Below the pieces are notes generated by a model. It searched no databases and was not told the DNA's origin. It saw nothing but the letters and a program-made list of their open reading frames with translations. Both the position numbers and the translations under genes were made by a program. A stretch of 61,177 nt of DNA, counting the filler, from Basidiobolus ranarum (Eukaryota), in NCBI GenBank assembly GCA_040143965.1. It is 11 parts of 11 records of this genome, joined end to end, with 100 filler letters (N's around TTAATTAATTAA, not from the genome) between each part and the next. Parts side by side here need not be neighbours in the genome. Positions count along the whole stretch, not along the records: positions 22,323 to 27,797 come from JASJQH010008461.1; positions 27,898 to 33,368 come from JASJQH010008462.1; positions 33,469 to 38,936 come from JASJQH010008463.1; 8 more parts are not named here. One strand, 5' to 3'. Of this stretch, positions 25,590 through 35,949 are shown piece by piece; position 1 is the first letter of the stretch, and each line of letters begins with the position of its first letter.

Positions 25590-26412
25590 ATTGAAGGATC
25601 TTGAGTGTTAGAAAAATTTGTGGATTTCACTTATCAATGTATTGAGTGAAAAGTTGATATTTATAGATTTGTCAAATAAGCAAACAAACTTATAGAATGT
25701 GCTGAGAAAGGTCCCAGGAAACGTGTGCAAAGTATGAGGTCTCTTGGACAAGCTTGAAAAACCTATATATCTGAGAACTAAGTTCTGATTTCAAATAATA
25801 GGTGATATCTTGGTGAAATATGGAGTAACTAGATACCAAGCTATAGATGACTATACATATATTTAGGTTATGTTGATTTCAAAATTAACAACATCACCAT
25901 GTTTAACTAAGCTTTTGGCACTAACCAAGACAGATTCAATCATTTCCAGGATATCAATGATGATATTGACCAATTCTGAATATTGTTCAAGTATTTGGAG
26001 TCTTGAAATTGTTAAATTATTTGGGAGCCTGTTGGAAGTGGCTTGGAGGATTAGAGAAATTGGTGGTTTTCACTTGTTGATTTATTGAATATTCAGTTGA
26101 TATTTATAATTTTGTCAGGATGTAAACAAACTAAGTTGTAAAATGAAAGGTCTCAGAAACATATGTGCAAAGTTTGGGACTTCTGTGAAAAATCTATATA
26201 TCTGAGAACTTTTAAGTTGGTAAAAATATTACAAGTATATTCCAATTGAGAGTAATGGGTAAAATCTTAGTGAAATATAAGATTACTAAATACTAAGCTA
26301 TAATTGACTATATAGGTGTTTAGGCAATGCTAATTTCAACAAAAACCACCAATTTCTCTAATCCTCCAAGCCACTTCGAATAGGCTCCCAAATAATTTAA
26401 CAATTTCAAGAC
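25590..26412 (-). mobile_element. Family-A LTR copies (degraded about 25590-25885; intact 26010-26341) plus an inverted LTR-end duplicate at 26342-26412
   Basis: TGTTAAA at 26010 through ...ATTTCAACA at 26341, homologous to 17144-17485. Confidence 0.75.
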
Positions 26413-27897
26413 TGCAATGTGAATAAATATGAATCATTTGAGTCAGATGCAAAGCACAAAAAGAGCACTACAAAAGCAAAGGCCAATCAACTACTATCAC
26501 CTGGTCTTTAAAGTTAAGTATGGAACTTTTAAGAAATTAGCTAGCCTCCTCTAACATTTCCATAAATCTCAATAGAGTGTTGGCTATTAAAAAGTGGTTG
26601 TTGCTCCATCCTTACAACGTATATCTTCAGTAAGTATATAAAGAATCTTTGTTATGCTTTAACCAGAGATATAATGGAAACCATAGGCATAAGTATATAT
26701 TCACAAAAAGTTTGTATTAATCCGTTTAATAACTAGTTGAGTTATTTGTAAATGGGAACCTATAACTTTTATATTGGATCATTTATTAGGTTATCAAAAT
26801 ATTCTTTCACGTTGGCTTTTCTTTCTAAAAGAAGGTAAAATACGCATACTATTTAGCAGTTAATTTGAAAGATACATTTTTAGAGCATTTTCGATGTCAA
26901 CCTAGTTGCTTCAACAATGACTTTATAGATAGGACAAATGAAGGTAAAGAAATGTCAAACCATGGAAGGTTGAGTTAACACACTCGTCAATTAATAAGAT
27001 CATCATCTGTAATGGATAGAGGACAGAGGGTATGTGATACCTTTGTGTGAGATTAATACACATAAAAGCTATGAACATATCGGTGAACAAGGATAGCTAT
27101 GCAATAGAAATTGCTATACATATAAAAAAATAGGAGGAAGGCCCGAGAAGATACCCCTGCCGTACCAATACTCATTCTATGGATACAGATGACACTAATC
27201 TAAACCAAAACTTCTCACCAATCACTCAAATAACAAAAATAGATTCTAAAAGAAAGATTCACAGGTTAACCAAAGCATGTATAGTATCTAATGATCGGAA
27301 AACTTTGGTTGCTGTTTCGTATGATACCGTCGTTGATCGTCGTATACCTATAAGGTCATTGGAAGTGGGGTGTGCGATTGGTAGGAGGATTATACATGGA
27401 ATCTCCATTTACAACCGATGTCCAGGTACTACGTAAAATATAGCCACAATTGCTGCGCTAATGATCAATGAATAGCTCATAATTCGAAGGGCCTGGATAA
27501 TATGAAGATATCGAATGTGAGGGTCTTTAACTCGGTTGAAATGGAGAAGGCTCTTTTCACTAAAGGGTGTTATCAAACGATATATTAGATGAATTTGAGT
27601 TGTGCAGTCATTTGCAATTATACGTCCTACCTAATTCCAAGAATGGTTAAAAGAGGAGAGAACTTCTTTTGGTGGACAAAGATGTTTAAGGTCCCAAGCC
27701 AGATAGGTATGAAGCCCTAAAATGAGTTAGACATCAACATATAAGTCACTTCTAGTCTGATTTAGGGCTTTGCGGACAACTCCTCAGTTTACTTACCNNN
27801 NNNNNNNNNNNNNNNNNNNNNNNNNNNNNNNNNNNNNNNNNTTAATTAATTAANNNNNNNNNNNNNNNNNNNNNNNNNNNNNNNNNNNNNNNNNNNN

Positions 27898-28008
27898 ATG
27901 GAAAGCTAGCCCATAAAACAGCACTCGCATTGCAGCTCGGTTGGTTAAATGAAGGACTATAATGCTGTAAAGTATTGCCTACTTTGGTGAGCGGTAGTCT
28001 AACACTCA
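27898..28008 (+). repeat. 111-bp terminal direct repeat (copy 1)
   Basis: ATGGAAAGCTAGCCC...GTCTAACACTCA, identical to 33258-33368. Offset is 5360 bp. Confidence 0.97.
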
Positions 28009-28149
28009 ATTCTTGTTCCCCAGTTATTTTCTTTGCTCCAAAGAGAATACTATGTACAACATTATAAGGAGCAGAGTATCAAAAGGTGTTGTTGGTGTTC
28101 CGCTACAATTGATACTCAAGTACCCTTACACTTCTTAAGAACATAAGTG

Positions 28150-28222
28150 GCCACCTTAGCTCAGTTGGGCGAGCGTCAGACTGAAGATCTGAAGGTCCTG
28201 CGTTCGATCCGCAGAGGTGGCA
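28150..28222 (+). tRNA. tRNA-Phe-GAA: tRNA-Phe(GAA)
   Basis: Full cloverleaf with TCAGA-CT-GAA-GA-TCTGA anticodon arm, GTTCGATC T-loop and oligo-T terminator. Position 21 is C. Confidence 0.96.
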
Positions 28223-28456
28223 TTCTTTTTTTTTCTGATCTAATTTATGTCTCACAATTATTACATCAATGTTTTTTGCAGGAAGCCCGACATCTATATA
28301 GAATTGTGCATCATGGATACTGACTGCTGTTTGTAGCAATTTGATGCATAGATTTCATTGCATATGGTATATAGGCTTAACCGAGTGTCTTCCATGTTTG
28401 ACATAGTCAGGTTCTCTTTATTCATAGTAGTACATATTTATAACGATGTGTAACAT

Positions 28457-28529
28457 GCCCGGCTAGCTCAATCGGTAGAGCGTAAGACTCTTAATCTTAA
28501 GGTTGTGGGTTCGACCCCCACGTTGGGTG
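28457..28529 (+). tRNA. tRNA-Lys-CTT: tRNA-Lys(CTT)
   Basis: GCCCGGCTAGCTCAATCGGTAGAGC; TAAGA-CT-CTT-AA-TCTTA. Confidence 0.97.
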
Positions 28530-28772
28530 TTATTTTTATGCTCGTCAACTTTATCCAAATATTTTCTTTCCGGTGTAGTCCACTTTATCCAGTTAGTAGG
28601 ATACTTCTACATGTCAGAGAGTGCCTGCGATTTCATCGTTGTACTCTTTTCTATTCCATTTTTACTCTGGTATTACTGTGCTGATATTCTTGATGCACAT
28701 TTCAGCCCTAGCTGCCCGATTCTATAGTTTGTTTTGACAAACTGCAGAATAAATGCAAGTAAAATTGTAAAA

Positions 28773-28845
28773 TGGAGGACCTGGGTATCGATCCCAGTGC
28801 CTCTCGCATGCTAAGCGAGCGCTCTACCATCTGAGCTAGACCCCC
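28773..28845 (-). tRNA. tRNA-Ala-AGC: tRNA-Ala(AGC)
   Basis: GGGGGTCTAGCTCAGATGG...; CTCGC-TT-AGC-AT-GCGAG; G3:U70 pair; GATCGAT T-loop. Confidence 0.97.
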
Positions 28846-29217
28846 ATGTTCTTTAGTTTGAGCCCGACATGCGAACATATCTTACGCGGTGTGTTAAGTA
28901 TATATCGTTTTCATCGCATCACTCCGAGATATTGTGACAAACTCGTGGTATATCTTTGACTAATACATTTTCCTGTCGGCTAGTCCATGGGGGTACTCTA
29001 CTTGTGTGAATGTACTCATAGGTGCTGGTTGCTTCACCTTCCAACTAAGTATATGAGAGAAACACCATAAAGTGAGACTTTACTTACACATGCTTCATAT
29101 TGGTGCGAGTAAAAGTAGTTACTTTCACTTGGTATGTGTCCTAGTGAATGTTCACTATATTAAATTTTGCCAAAAAGTCATGGATAGCAAGAAATTCGGC
29201 AGCAAAAGAAAATCAGA

Positions 29218-29291
29218 TGTCTTCGCTCGGATTCGAACCGAGGACCGTCTGTGTGTTAGACAGACGTGATAACCAACTACACCACGAAGAC
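29218..29291 (-). tRNA. tRNA-Val-AAC: tRNA-Val(AAC)
   Basis: GTCTTCGTGGTGTAGTTGGTTATCAC; TCTGT-CT-AAC-AC-ACAGA. Confidence 0.97.
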
Positions 29292-29432
29292 CTCCTTATA
29301 ATGGATTAGTATTCTTTTCTTCATAGCTACATCACAATTTCAGCTGAGCACTTGCCATACTTATTTGCAGGTTAAGCACTCCTCGTACCCAATAGATATA
29401 TATATATGTAATAAACTTTATATCATGTAAGT

Positions 29433-29504
29433 GGGGGGTTGGCGCAACGGTAGCGCGTTCGCCTCCAGAGCGAAAGGTTGCGTGTTCAAATCACGCACTC
29501 CTCA
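29433..29504 (+). tRNA. tRNA-Trp-CCA: tRNA-Trp(CCA)
   Basis: TGGCGCAACGGTAGCGC D-arm; TTCGC-CT-CCA-GA-GCGAA; upstream TATA-rich tract. Confidence 0.96.
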
Positions 29505-29705
29505 CTTCTTTTTGTTCCATCGCTACTTTGATTAGCATATTAAATACTTGCTTATTTCGAGTCTGAAAAAGATTTTATAATATGCAGACCCCAGTATTAA
29601 TATTTATTAGTATTTACTTTACTCATTTTTCTGTTGGGAATTTCTTTGGTAAGTTTTTAGAGACATGTCAATCCAAAAACCTATACGTATGAAAAGTAAA
29701 AGGAG

Positions 29706-29777
29706 TTCCCCATCGGGGAATCGAACCCCGGCCGTCTCGGTGAAAGCGAGAAATCCTAACCACTGGACCAATGAGGA
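29706..29777 (-). tRNA. tRNA-Glu-TTC: tRNA-Glu(TTC)
   Basis: TCCTCATTGGTCCAGTGGTTAGGAT; TCTCG-CT-TTC-AC-CGAGA. Confidence 0.97.
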
Positions 29778-29963
29778 CTTTGTTGGTTGCTACTCTATAG
29801 TTCTTCCTATTTTCTGAAAAGATTACAAAAACATTAGGTATCAAGCTTCCCTATTCTATCACAGAGACTATCCTTGCTTTCTGTTAAACAGACGATTAGT
29901 TAGATCTGGTAACAAATCGAAATTTATTTTATATATTTAGTCTTTGGACTCCATCTTAAATTA

Positions 29964-30034
29964 GCCATTGTAGTATAGTGGCAGTACATCGCGTTGTGGC
30001 CGCGTCGACCTCGGTTCGATTCCGAGCAATGGCA
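29964..30034 (+). tRNA. tRNA-His-GTG: tRNA-His(GTG)
   Basis: GCCATTGTAGTATAGTGG; CGCG-TT-GTG-GC-CGCG. G-1 is not encoded. Confidence 0.96.
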
Positions 30035-30291
30035 TTTTCTTTTAGTTTCATAATAAAATAAATTACGCTGACCTTTTTAAGCTTATCATTCAATCAGCCT
30101 TTTCATGGAATATCCTTGCAACCATCAATGATGCATAAAGTAGTGTGAGTGATACTTGGAGGGTTTTATGCTTGCTAGAAATTATTAATCTCTAAATGCC
30201 AAGTGAAGGTCTTTCCTAGCTAGTCATCAACCTCTTCCAGTCATAGGAGATTATCATTAGGGTGAAAGTAAGGCATTGAGTATCAGTAATT

Positions 30292-30374
30292 GGTAACATG
30301 GCCGAGTTGGTCTAAGGCGCCGCACTCAAGTTGCGGTCTCGTAAGAGGCGTGAGTTCGAATCTCACTGTTATCA
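30292..30374 (+). tRNA. tRNA-Leu-CAA: tRNA-Leu(CAA)
   Basis: CCGCA-CT-CAA-GT-TGCGG; long variable arm CTC-GTAA-GAG; no intron. Confidence 0.97.
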
Positions 30375-30533
30375 TTGCTTTTGAGCCATTTCACTAGCGG
30401 ACTGTACATAGGAGTAAGAAACATTTTTTACTAATATGCAATAAAATGATCGATTTCAGCTTTATAAGAAGAACACAGTCAATACTACCTACTAGTAGGT
30501 TCAATACTGAGAGAAAGCGGTTGTAGGTATATC

Positions 30534-30605
30534 GGTTTCGTGGTGTAACGGTTAGCACCCAGGACTTTGAATCCTGTAATCCGAGTTCGATTCTCGGCGA
30601 GACCT
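30534..30605 (+). tRNA. tRNA-Gln-TTG: tRNA-Gln(TTG)
   Basis: CAGGA-CT-TTG-AA-TCCTG; T-run terminator immediately downstream. Confidence 0.97.
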
Positions 30606-30726
30606 TTTTTTCTATTATCCCCACAATATTGGTAGACTCACAAAATACCCATGTGTTATCTATATTTGTTAGTGATCATGTAATTTCCCTAAATATAGTT
30701 GTAAAAACAAATAAACAATTGTATTG

Positions 30727-30808
30727 GACAACATGGCCGAGTGGTTAAGGCGTATGACTAGAAATCATATGGGCTCTGCCCGCGCAGGTTCAAATCCTGC
30801 TGTTGTCG
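30727..30808 (+). tRNA. tRNA-Ser-AGA: tRNA-Ser(AGA), first gene of a dimer
   Basis: TATGA-CT-AGA-AA-TCATA; variable arm GGGC-TCT-GCCC; G73. Confidence 0.97.
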
Positions 30809-30813
30809 AATTT

Positions 30814-30887
30814 GCTCGCATAGCTCAGTTGGTTAGAGCGTGGTGCTAATAACGCCAAGGCCGCAGGTTCGACCCCTGCTGTGAGCA
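30814..30887 (+). tRNA. tRNA-Ile-AAT: tRNA-Ile(AAT), second gene of a dimer
   Basis: TGGTG-CT-AAT-AA-CGCCA; starts after a 5-nt spacer behind tRNA-Ser; followed by TTTTTT. Confidence 0.97.
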
Positions 30888-31358
30888 TACTCTTTTTTGT
30901 TTTGAATACTTCCTGACATTTCATACTTTACGCGTTGAAAAAGTTAACATGGATCGGTGACCTCCGGCTTCAATTTATTTTGCTTATCTGGTCAATTTCA
31001 CCTCGTTGACTCCTTTTGCCATAAGTAGAATTTGCAACACTTTCAAGAACTACAGAGGTGTAGATCTTGAATGTGCCTTCGAGTGAGAGAGTGAGATAGG
31101 AGATGAACCATACCATCTCTCTGCTCGGACTAGGAGGATGGTGCAAACTGTGTGCTGGGGTATCTTAGTTTTTTGATGATATGGCCAGAGTGGTCGCAGG
31201 TAATATATATAATTTTCTTTATTTAAAATATTCTTTGTAAAGTAAATTAATAGTTAAGTTGTGGTGCCATGAATGATAAATGGTGCTGATGAAGCCTGTA
31301 AAATGGATCGGCACTTAAAGATTAAAATGATGGCAGACGATCCATCAAAAATTAAGTA

Positions 31359-31431
31359 CGAGCATACCAGGGATCGAACCTGGAATCTCCTGATCCGTAG
31401 TCAGGCGCCTTATCCATTTGGCCATACGCCC
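31359..31431 (-). tRNA. tRNA-Arg-ACG: tRNA-Arg(ACG)
   Basis: GGGCGTATGGCCAAATGGATAAGGC; CCTGA-CT-ACG-GA-TCAGG. Confidence 0.97.
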
Positions 31432-31619
31432 GTATTCAGTTATTCCTGGAGTGATCTCATTAACAATTCTGCATGCATTCAGATACAAGGATGAACACAC
31501 CACTTTTGCTCCAACGATCCAGATACTGCAGAAAAACTTAGTAGAGAAATATTCACTCTTATTAAACATGATTAAACCATTACTCTATAACGGTTCTAAA
31601 TAGCAAAAAGTATATCCAG

Positions 31620-31691
31620 TTCCGCATCGGGGAATCGAACCCCGGCCTTCTCGGTGAGAGCGAGAGATCCTGACCACTGGACCAATGCGGA
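31620..31691 (-). tRNA. tRNA-Glu-CTC: tRNA-Glu(CTC)
   Basis: TCCGCATTGGTCCAGTGGTCAGGAT; TCTCG-CT-CTC-AC-CGAGA. Confidence 0.97.
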
Positions 31692-32008
31692 TATACGTAT
31701 TCATGCAACGTTTCTGAATTCTTACCGGAAATTTCTACCACTGGCTTATTGTGTTCCCCCTTTCTTTCTAATACTATTCCTTGAGGTGCTATACCAGACC
31801 CTTGGGAGCTCCATGATAGAATGATCATTCCAGAGTGAGATTTCTACTTTCTACTTAGAACGTATGGTTGCTGTTAAATGGATCTGAATGCTCTTGAGAG
31901 TGTTGGGATAAGGCCTGCACTGGAAGTAATCCATCGATCAATCCCAAGATAGTTAGAAAAAACTTGTTAAAAGACATTGAAGTTAGTTGAATCTACTTGT
32001 TATTAAAT

Positions 32009-32079
32009 GCATACTTGGTTTAGTGGTATAATTACCGCCTGCCACGCGGTAGACCGGGGTTCGATTCCCCGAGTATGCA
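32009..32079 (+). tRNA. tRNA-Gly-GCC: tRNA-Gly(GCC)
   Basis: GCATACTTGGTTTAGTGGTA; ACCGC-CT-GCC-AC-GCGGT. Confidence 0.97.
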
Positions 32080-32725
32080 ATTCTTTTGGGGAGATTAAAG
32101 ATATCTAATCTATCGAGCATTCATGTATTATTGTTGCTTTTATGCCGTTTTCCCTGAACCTCAGCAGAGCTATAATATCAGTACTGGTTTCTCTCCCGGG
32201 AGTTGGCAAGAACTGTTTATCTCATTTTCAATCTTGTCAGTAAGCATATCCATGCGAATGCTTTGCCTTTAAACCAAAATAGACATACTACAGAACCACC
32301 GCACAATTAACATTTCTTACGGACTAGGGTTGGTGAAGGTATAGATATATCCTTAGGGCTCAATATGGAGTATCTAGCAAAATTGGAAATACAAAATTTT
32401 CTCATAACACGCATATATTTTAACTATCGTAGCTGCATATACCTAGGTTTTGTAGCAGTTTCGAACCCGATGATCAACTGTCCTGGTCCGATGCACTAAC
32501 CGAGGAAACTATGGCGTCCCACATCTTACAAAATGATAATCGTACTTATATACCTCTAAATGCATAGCTATCCCTGATGTGAGCTGTGTTTAATCAAAAG
32601 ACATTTGTGCACCAATTTCATAGAGAGACAGCCTCAGATATAGTAGACTTCACTCTCTACGCTACCCTTCTTGCGCTTTCAATTGAAAGAGTCTTTTTAA
32701 AATACATCACGAGAAACAATATATC

Positions 32726-32798
32726 GCCTTCTTGGCTCAGTTGGCAGAGCGTCTGCCTAGTAAGCAGAAGGTCGCTGGTTCAATTCCGGCAGAAGGCA
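32726..32798 (+). tRNA. tRNA-Thr-AGT: tRNA-Thr(AGT)
   Basis: GCCTTCTTGGCTCAGTTGGCAGAGC; TCTGC-CT-AGT-AA-GCAGA. Confidence 0.97.
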
Positions 32799-32967
32799 TC
32801 CTTTTTATTCTAATTTTACTACTACCTGCATGTTAATTTTGGGTCAACCATGCTTAGCAAGAGAAAGTTGGATTAGTAGAGGCAATTTACGTTTACAAAG
32901 TCAGTGTTCATAGCAGCAAAAGTTTTATATAGAGAGCTGATCAAAATTCGGTCGATTCTAAAAGTAA

Positions 32968-33050
32968 TGAAGAGAGTGGGATTCGAACCCACGCCTCCGA
33001 AGAGATCACGGCCTTAACGTGACGCCTTAGACCAACTCGGCCATCTCTCC
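32968..33050 (-). tRNA. tRNA-Leu-AAG: tRNA-Leu(AAG)
   Basis: TCACG-TT-AAG-GC-CGTGA; long variable arm with TTCG loop. Confidence 0.97.
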
Positions 33051-33257
33051 ATTTCTGGAGGCCTGCCTTTATTTGGCTCATATTCTTACCATCACCTTCA
33101 CATGTATTAGAGCATCACAAACAGCGCACCAAGCTCTTTGAGATCTCTCGATTAATTGACAGCAGAGCCTGTGTTGTTACCAAAATTTTGGATTTTTGTC
33201 TGCTTGGGGGTTTGCTGCACCTTTCTTTCGTATTATTGGAATATTTGCCTTACTACC

Positions 33258-33368
33258 ATGGAAAGCTAGCCCATAAAACAGCACTCGCATTGCAGCTCGG
33301 TTGGTTAAATGAAGGACTATAATGCTGTAAAGTATTGCCTACTTTGGTGAGCGGTAGTCTAACACTCA
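33258..33368 (+). repeat. 111-bp terminal direct repeat (copy 2)
   Basis: Identical to 27898-28008. Confidence 0.97.
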
Positions 33369-33468
33369 NNNNNNNNNNNNNNNNNNNNNNNNNNNNNNNN
33401 NNNNNNNNNNNNTTAATTAATTAANNNNNNNNNNNNNNNNNNNNNNNNNNNNNNNNNNNNNNNNNNNN

Positions 33469-34105
33469 GTGCCACAACCTATGCTCCAAAATATTGAAAG
33501 CATTTGCCATGACGTTGGAAATACCAGAAGAGGATGGTGGCTCTAATCACTTTGTGGACAAACACGACATCAATGAAAAATCCGGTTCAGTATTGAGAGT
33601 TCTTCACTATTTTCCATTAGAAGAGGCCAAAAACGAGGATATCAGAGCCGGAGCGTAAGTTGGAATTCCCTTGAAAGATCAGTTCATTATGTAAGGCTGA
33701 TTATTGTTTTCGTCTAGCCATACGGATTATGGCAGTTTAACTCTTCTGTTCCAAGACGGTGTAAGTGGATTGCAAATTCAAAACCGCGCTCAGGACAAAT
33801 CTGATCAGTGGCTTGACGCTCCATGCTTGGAAGATTGCATCATCATTAATATTGGTGACCTGATGCAATTCTGGTCAAATGGGTTGTTCAAGTCTACCAA
33901 ACATCGAGTTGTTTTCCATCCACAGCAGAAGCAATCTTCTAGATATAGTATTGCTTTCTTCTGTCATCCTAACGATTCTGTTAGTCTCAACCCTATTTCT
34001 AGTCCCTTTATTACCAACAACAAAGAGAAGCCACTTATCAATGCTGGTGAGTATTTGGAGCAACGCTTACGCGCAACCTACGGAAATTTACAAAAACCTC
34101 TCTGA
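33469..34105 (+). CDS. 2OG-Fe(II) oxygenase (IPNS/DIOX-like), 5' truncated; intron 33655-33717
   Basis: LRVLHYFP...IRAGA|HTDYGSLTLLFQD...GDLMQFWSNG.FKST.HRV...RYS (HxD...H...RxS). Confidence 0.92.
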
Positions 34106-34292
34106 AGGGAGCAGCTTGTTAATACCTATGTTGCATACCTCTTGGTATACTCAGACATGATGGTATTTATTCGTATACGTTGTAGTCAAAATGAAACAAT
34201 AAAATAAGTCAGACATTTGTTATTGATTGACTGAGGAAGATGAGGGGAGATTATGGGACAGATGTATGAAGATTGCTGTTAAATAGAGGCCT

Positions 34293-35255
34293 TCATTCTC
34301 TACGAAGGTTGTCTAAGCGTGCTTGAAGAACCGCGTCATCTGACAACATTTCCGCTTGTGGCTCCTTCTCACTAGTAGCCATACCTGGGTTCTTGAGAGG
34401 AGTGACAGTATCGGATAACTAATATAAAATTTAGTGGCGCTGAGCAGAAGCAATATCAGTTAAAGAGTCAACATACCGATTGATCGAAGGATATTCCAAT
34501 CTCATCAAAGACTTGATTGACGATAGCATCGGTTTCTTCTTCTTCATCCTCCTCCTCCATTGCATCATCAATGGCATCGCTCATCATCTCTTCCTTCATA
34601 TCCATTACCTCACTCTCTCGCTCGAATTCCATCATGATATTTTGAATTTGTGGAAGATTCATTCGTGAATTCATGGATTTCATGGCCTGTAAAGAATACA
34701 CGTAATTTTACAAAGAGAATTTAGTAGAGTATTCAAACGATAGTCCAAGTTGAAATAGTATACCTTAGAGGCACCTTTCATGGCTTCAGCCATTTGGTTG
34801 TTGGAGCTGAGAGTCTATAATATCGTAAAAGTATCGTGTTAAGTCAAACAACTTAAACCACAACAGTAAAAAAATGCCGATGAAGTGGCCACAGAGAGAA
34901 GATCTTAACCTGAATTCTCAAGGACACCGCTTGAAGTTGAGTCTTCATTTGATAGAATTTTTGGACATTTTTACGAGTGCGTACTAGATCTTTGGCCATG
35001 ATCTTACAAGCATTCTAAAAAAACGGGCAGTTTGAGTCAAAGTACTCCTACAGGTTTTGGACACGAGCGAAACAAGTGAAATTAACCAACCATCTGACCG
35101 GCCTTTGCATTTTTCTTTATGTCGGCGATCAATTTTTTCTCTTGTTGCTCCATCTTGCCGCGCTCTCTGTCCAATTCTCGTTGGGCTTTATTGAGGGCCC
35201 GTTGATGTTGGCGAAGTAGTTCGGCAGGAGATTTTCGGCGAAAGAAGTTGAACAT
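34293..35255 (-). CDS. DID4: ESCRT-III subunit Did4/Vps2 (CHMP2A), 218 aa; exons 35255-35091, 35014-34910, 34814-34764, 34686-34477, 34418-34293
   Basis: LR.HQRAL.KAQRELDRER..ME.QEKKLIADI.K.AKAGQM; IMAKDLVRTR; QLQAVSLRIQ; MKEEMMSDAIDD; C-terminal LQARLDNLRRE. All four introns are GT-AG and in frame. Confidence 0.95.
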
Positions 35256-35949
35256 AATTACAACAGACTTGGATAATAAGGATAGTTGCTACTATGTGAG
35301 TTCGAAATGGATGGCTAGTTATGTAAAAATTAAGCTCTAAGGAAAACAACCTGATTTGTATACGTGGTATTTGTGCGGTCAGAATTTTACGTGGCACCCT
35401 TAATCAAATTTTCCATCAAGAGTAGTTTAAAATATTCCAACGTTTCTTTCGAATGTGGTCTAATCAATCAAATGATGTTTGCAAATGATCGCAATATTGA
35501 TTTTGAATGCAAATGCTTCAGTTGAGCATCTCTTCCTTCACTGTGACAATCCTATTTAACAATAATGAATCTATGGATCTTTTCTGGTTCTAGGGCGGCG
35601 GTGTCTACTGCAATTGGCTTCTACCATTAATGACTGAAGATAAATAAATCACCCTTTCCTTCTTAACGAGCATTTCAAGTTGCTTTATGCGCATTAATCT
35701 ACCTCAAGCGATCAGCAACACCTAACATCAGTTCATTGAGGAGTTTGTATGAGCAAAGAAGCTTAGAAAGAAACAGCTGTCATCTCCAACATGTCATTAA
35801 TTAGAAGACCTATTGATCAAGAGTGTGGCGACGCTGGATGAATATTGCAGGATCTTGATATCCTGTTTGTTGTCCCAAACACAGCACTATTGTTTATTTC
35901 TAGGCTTACATTCCAAGTATAAATACCTTAATTCTGGTCATTATAACAG

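Noticed and set aside
27920-27970. GCAGCTCGGTTGGTTAA A-box-like stretch in the terminal repeat
   Set aside because: No B-box or cloverleaf follows.
28103-32813. Short ORFs in the track overlapping the tRNA cassette
   Set aside because: They are chance frames running across tRNA genes, with no protein motifs.
27898-33368. tRNA contig as mitochondrial, bacterial or phage tRNA array
   Set aside because: The tRNAs are eukaryotic cytosolic type (many A34 anticodons, no encoded CCA, oligo-T Pol III terminators, both strands), and there is no replication or capsid ORF.
27898-33368. 5S rRNA, U6 or tRNA-Sec within the cassette
   Set aside because: I looked and found no recognisable match or TCA-anticodon tRNA. 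An Rfam scan would be definitive.
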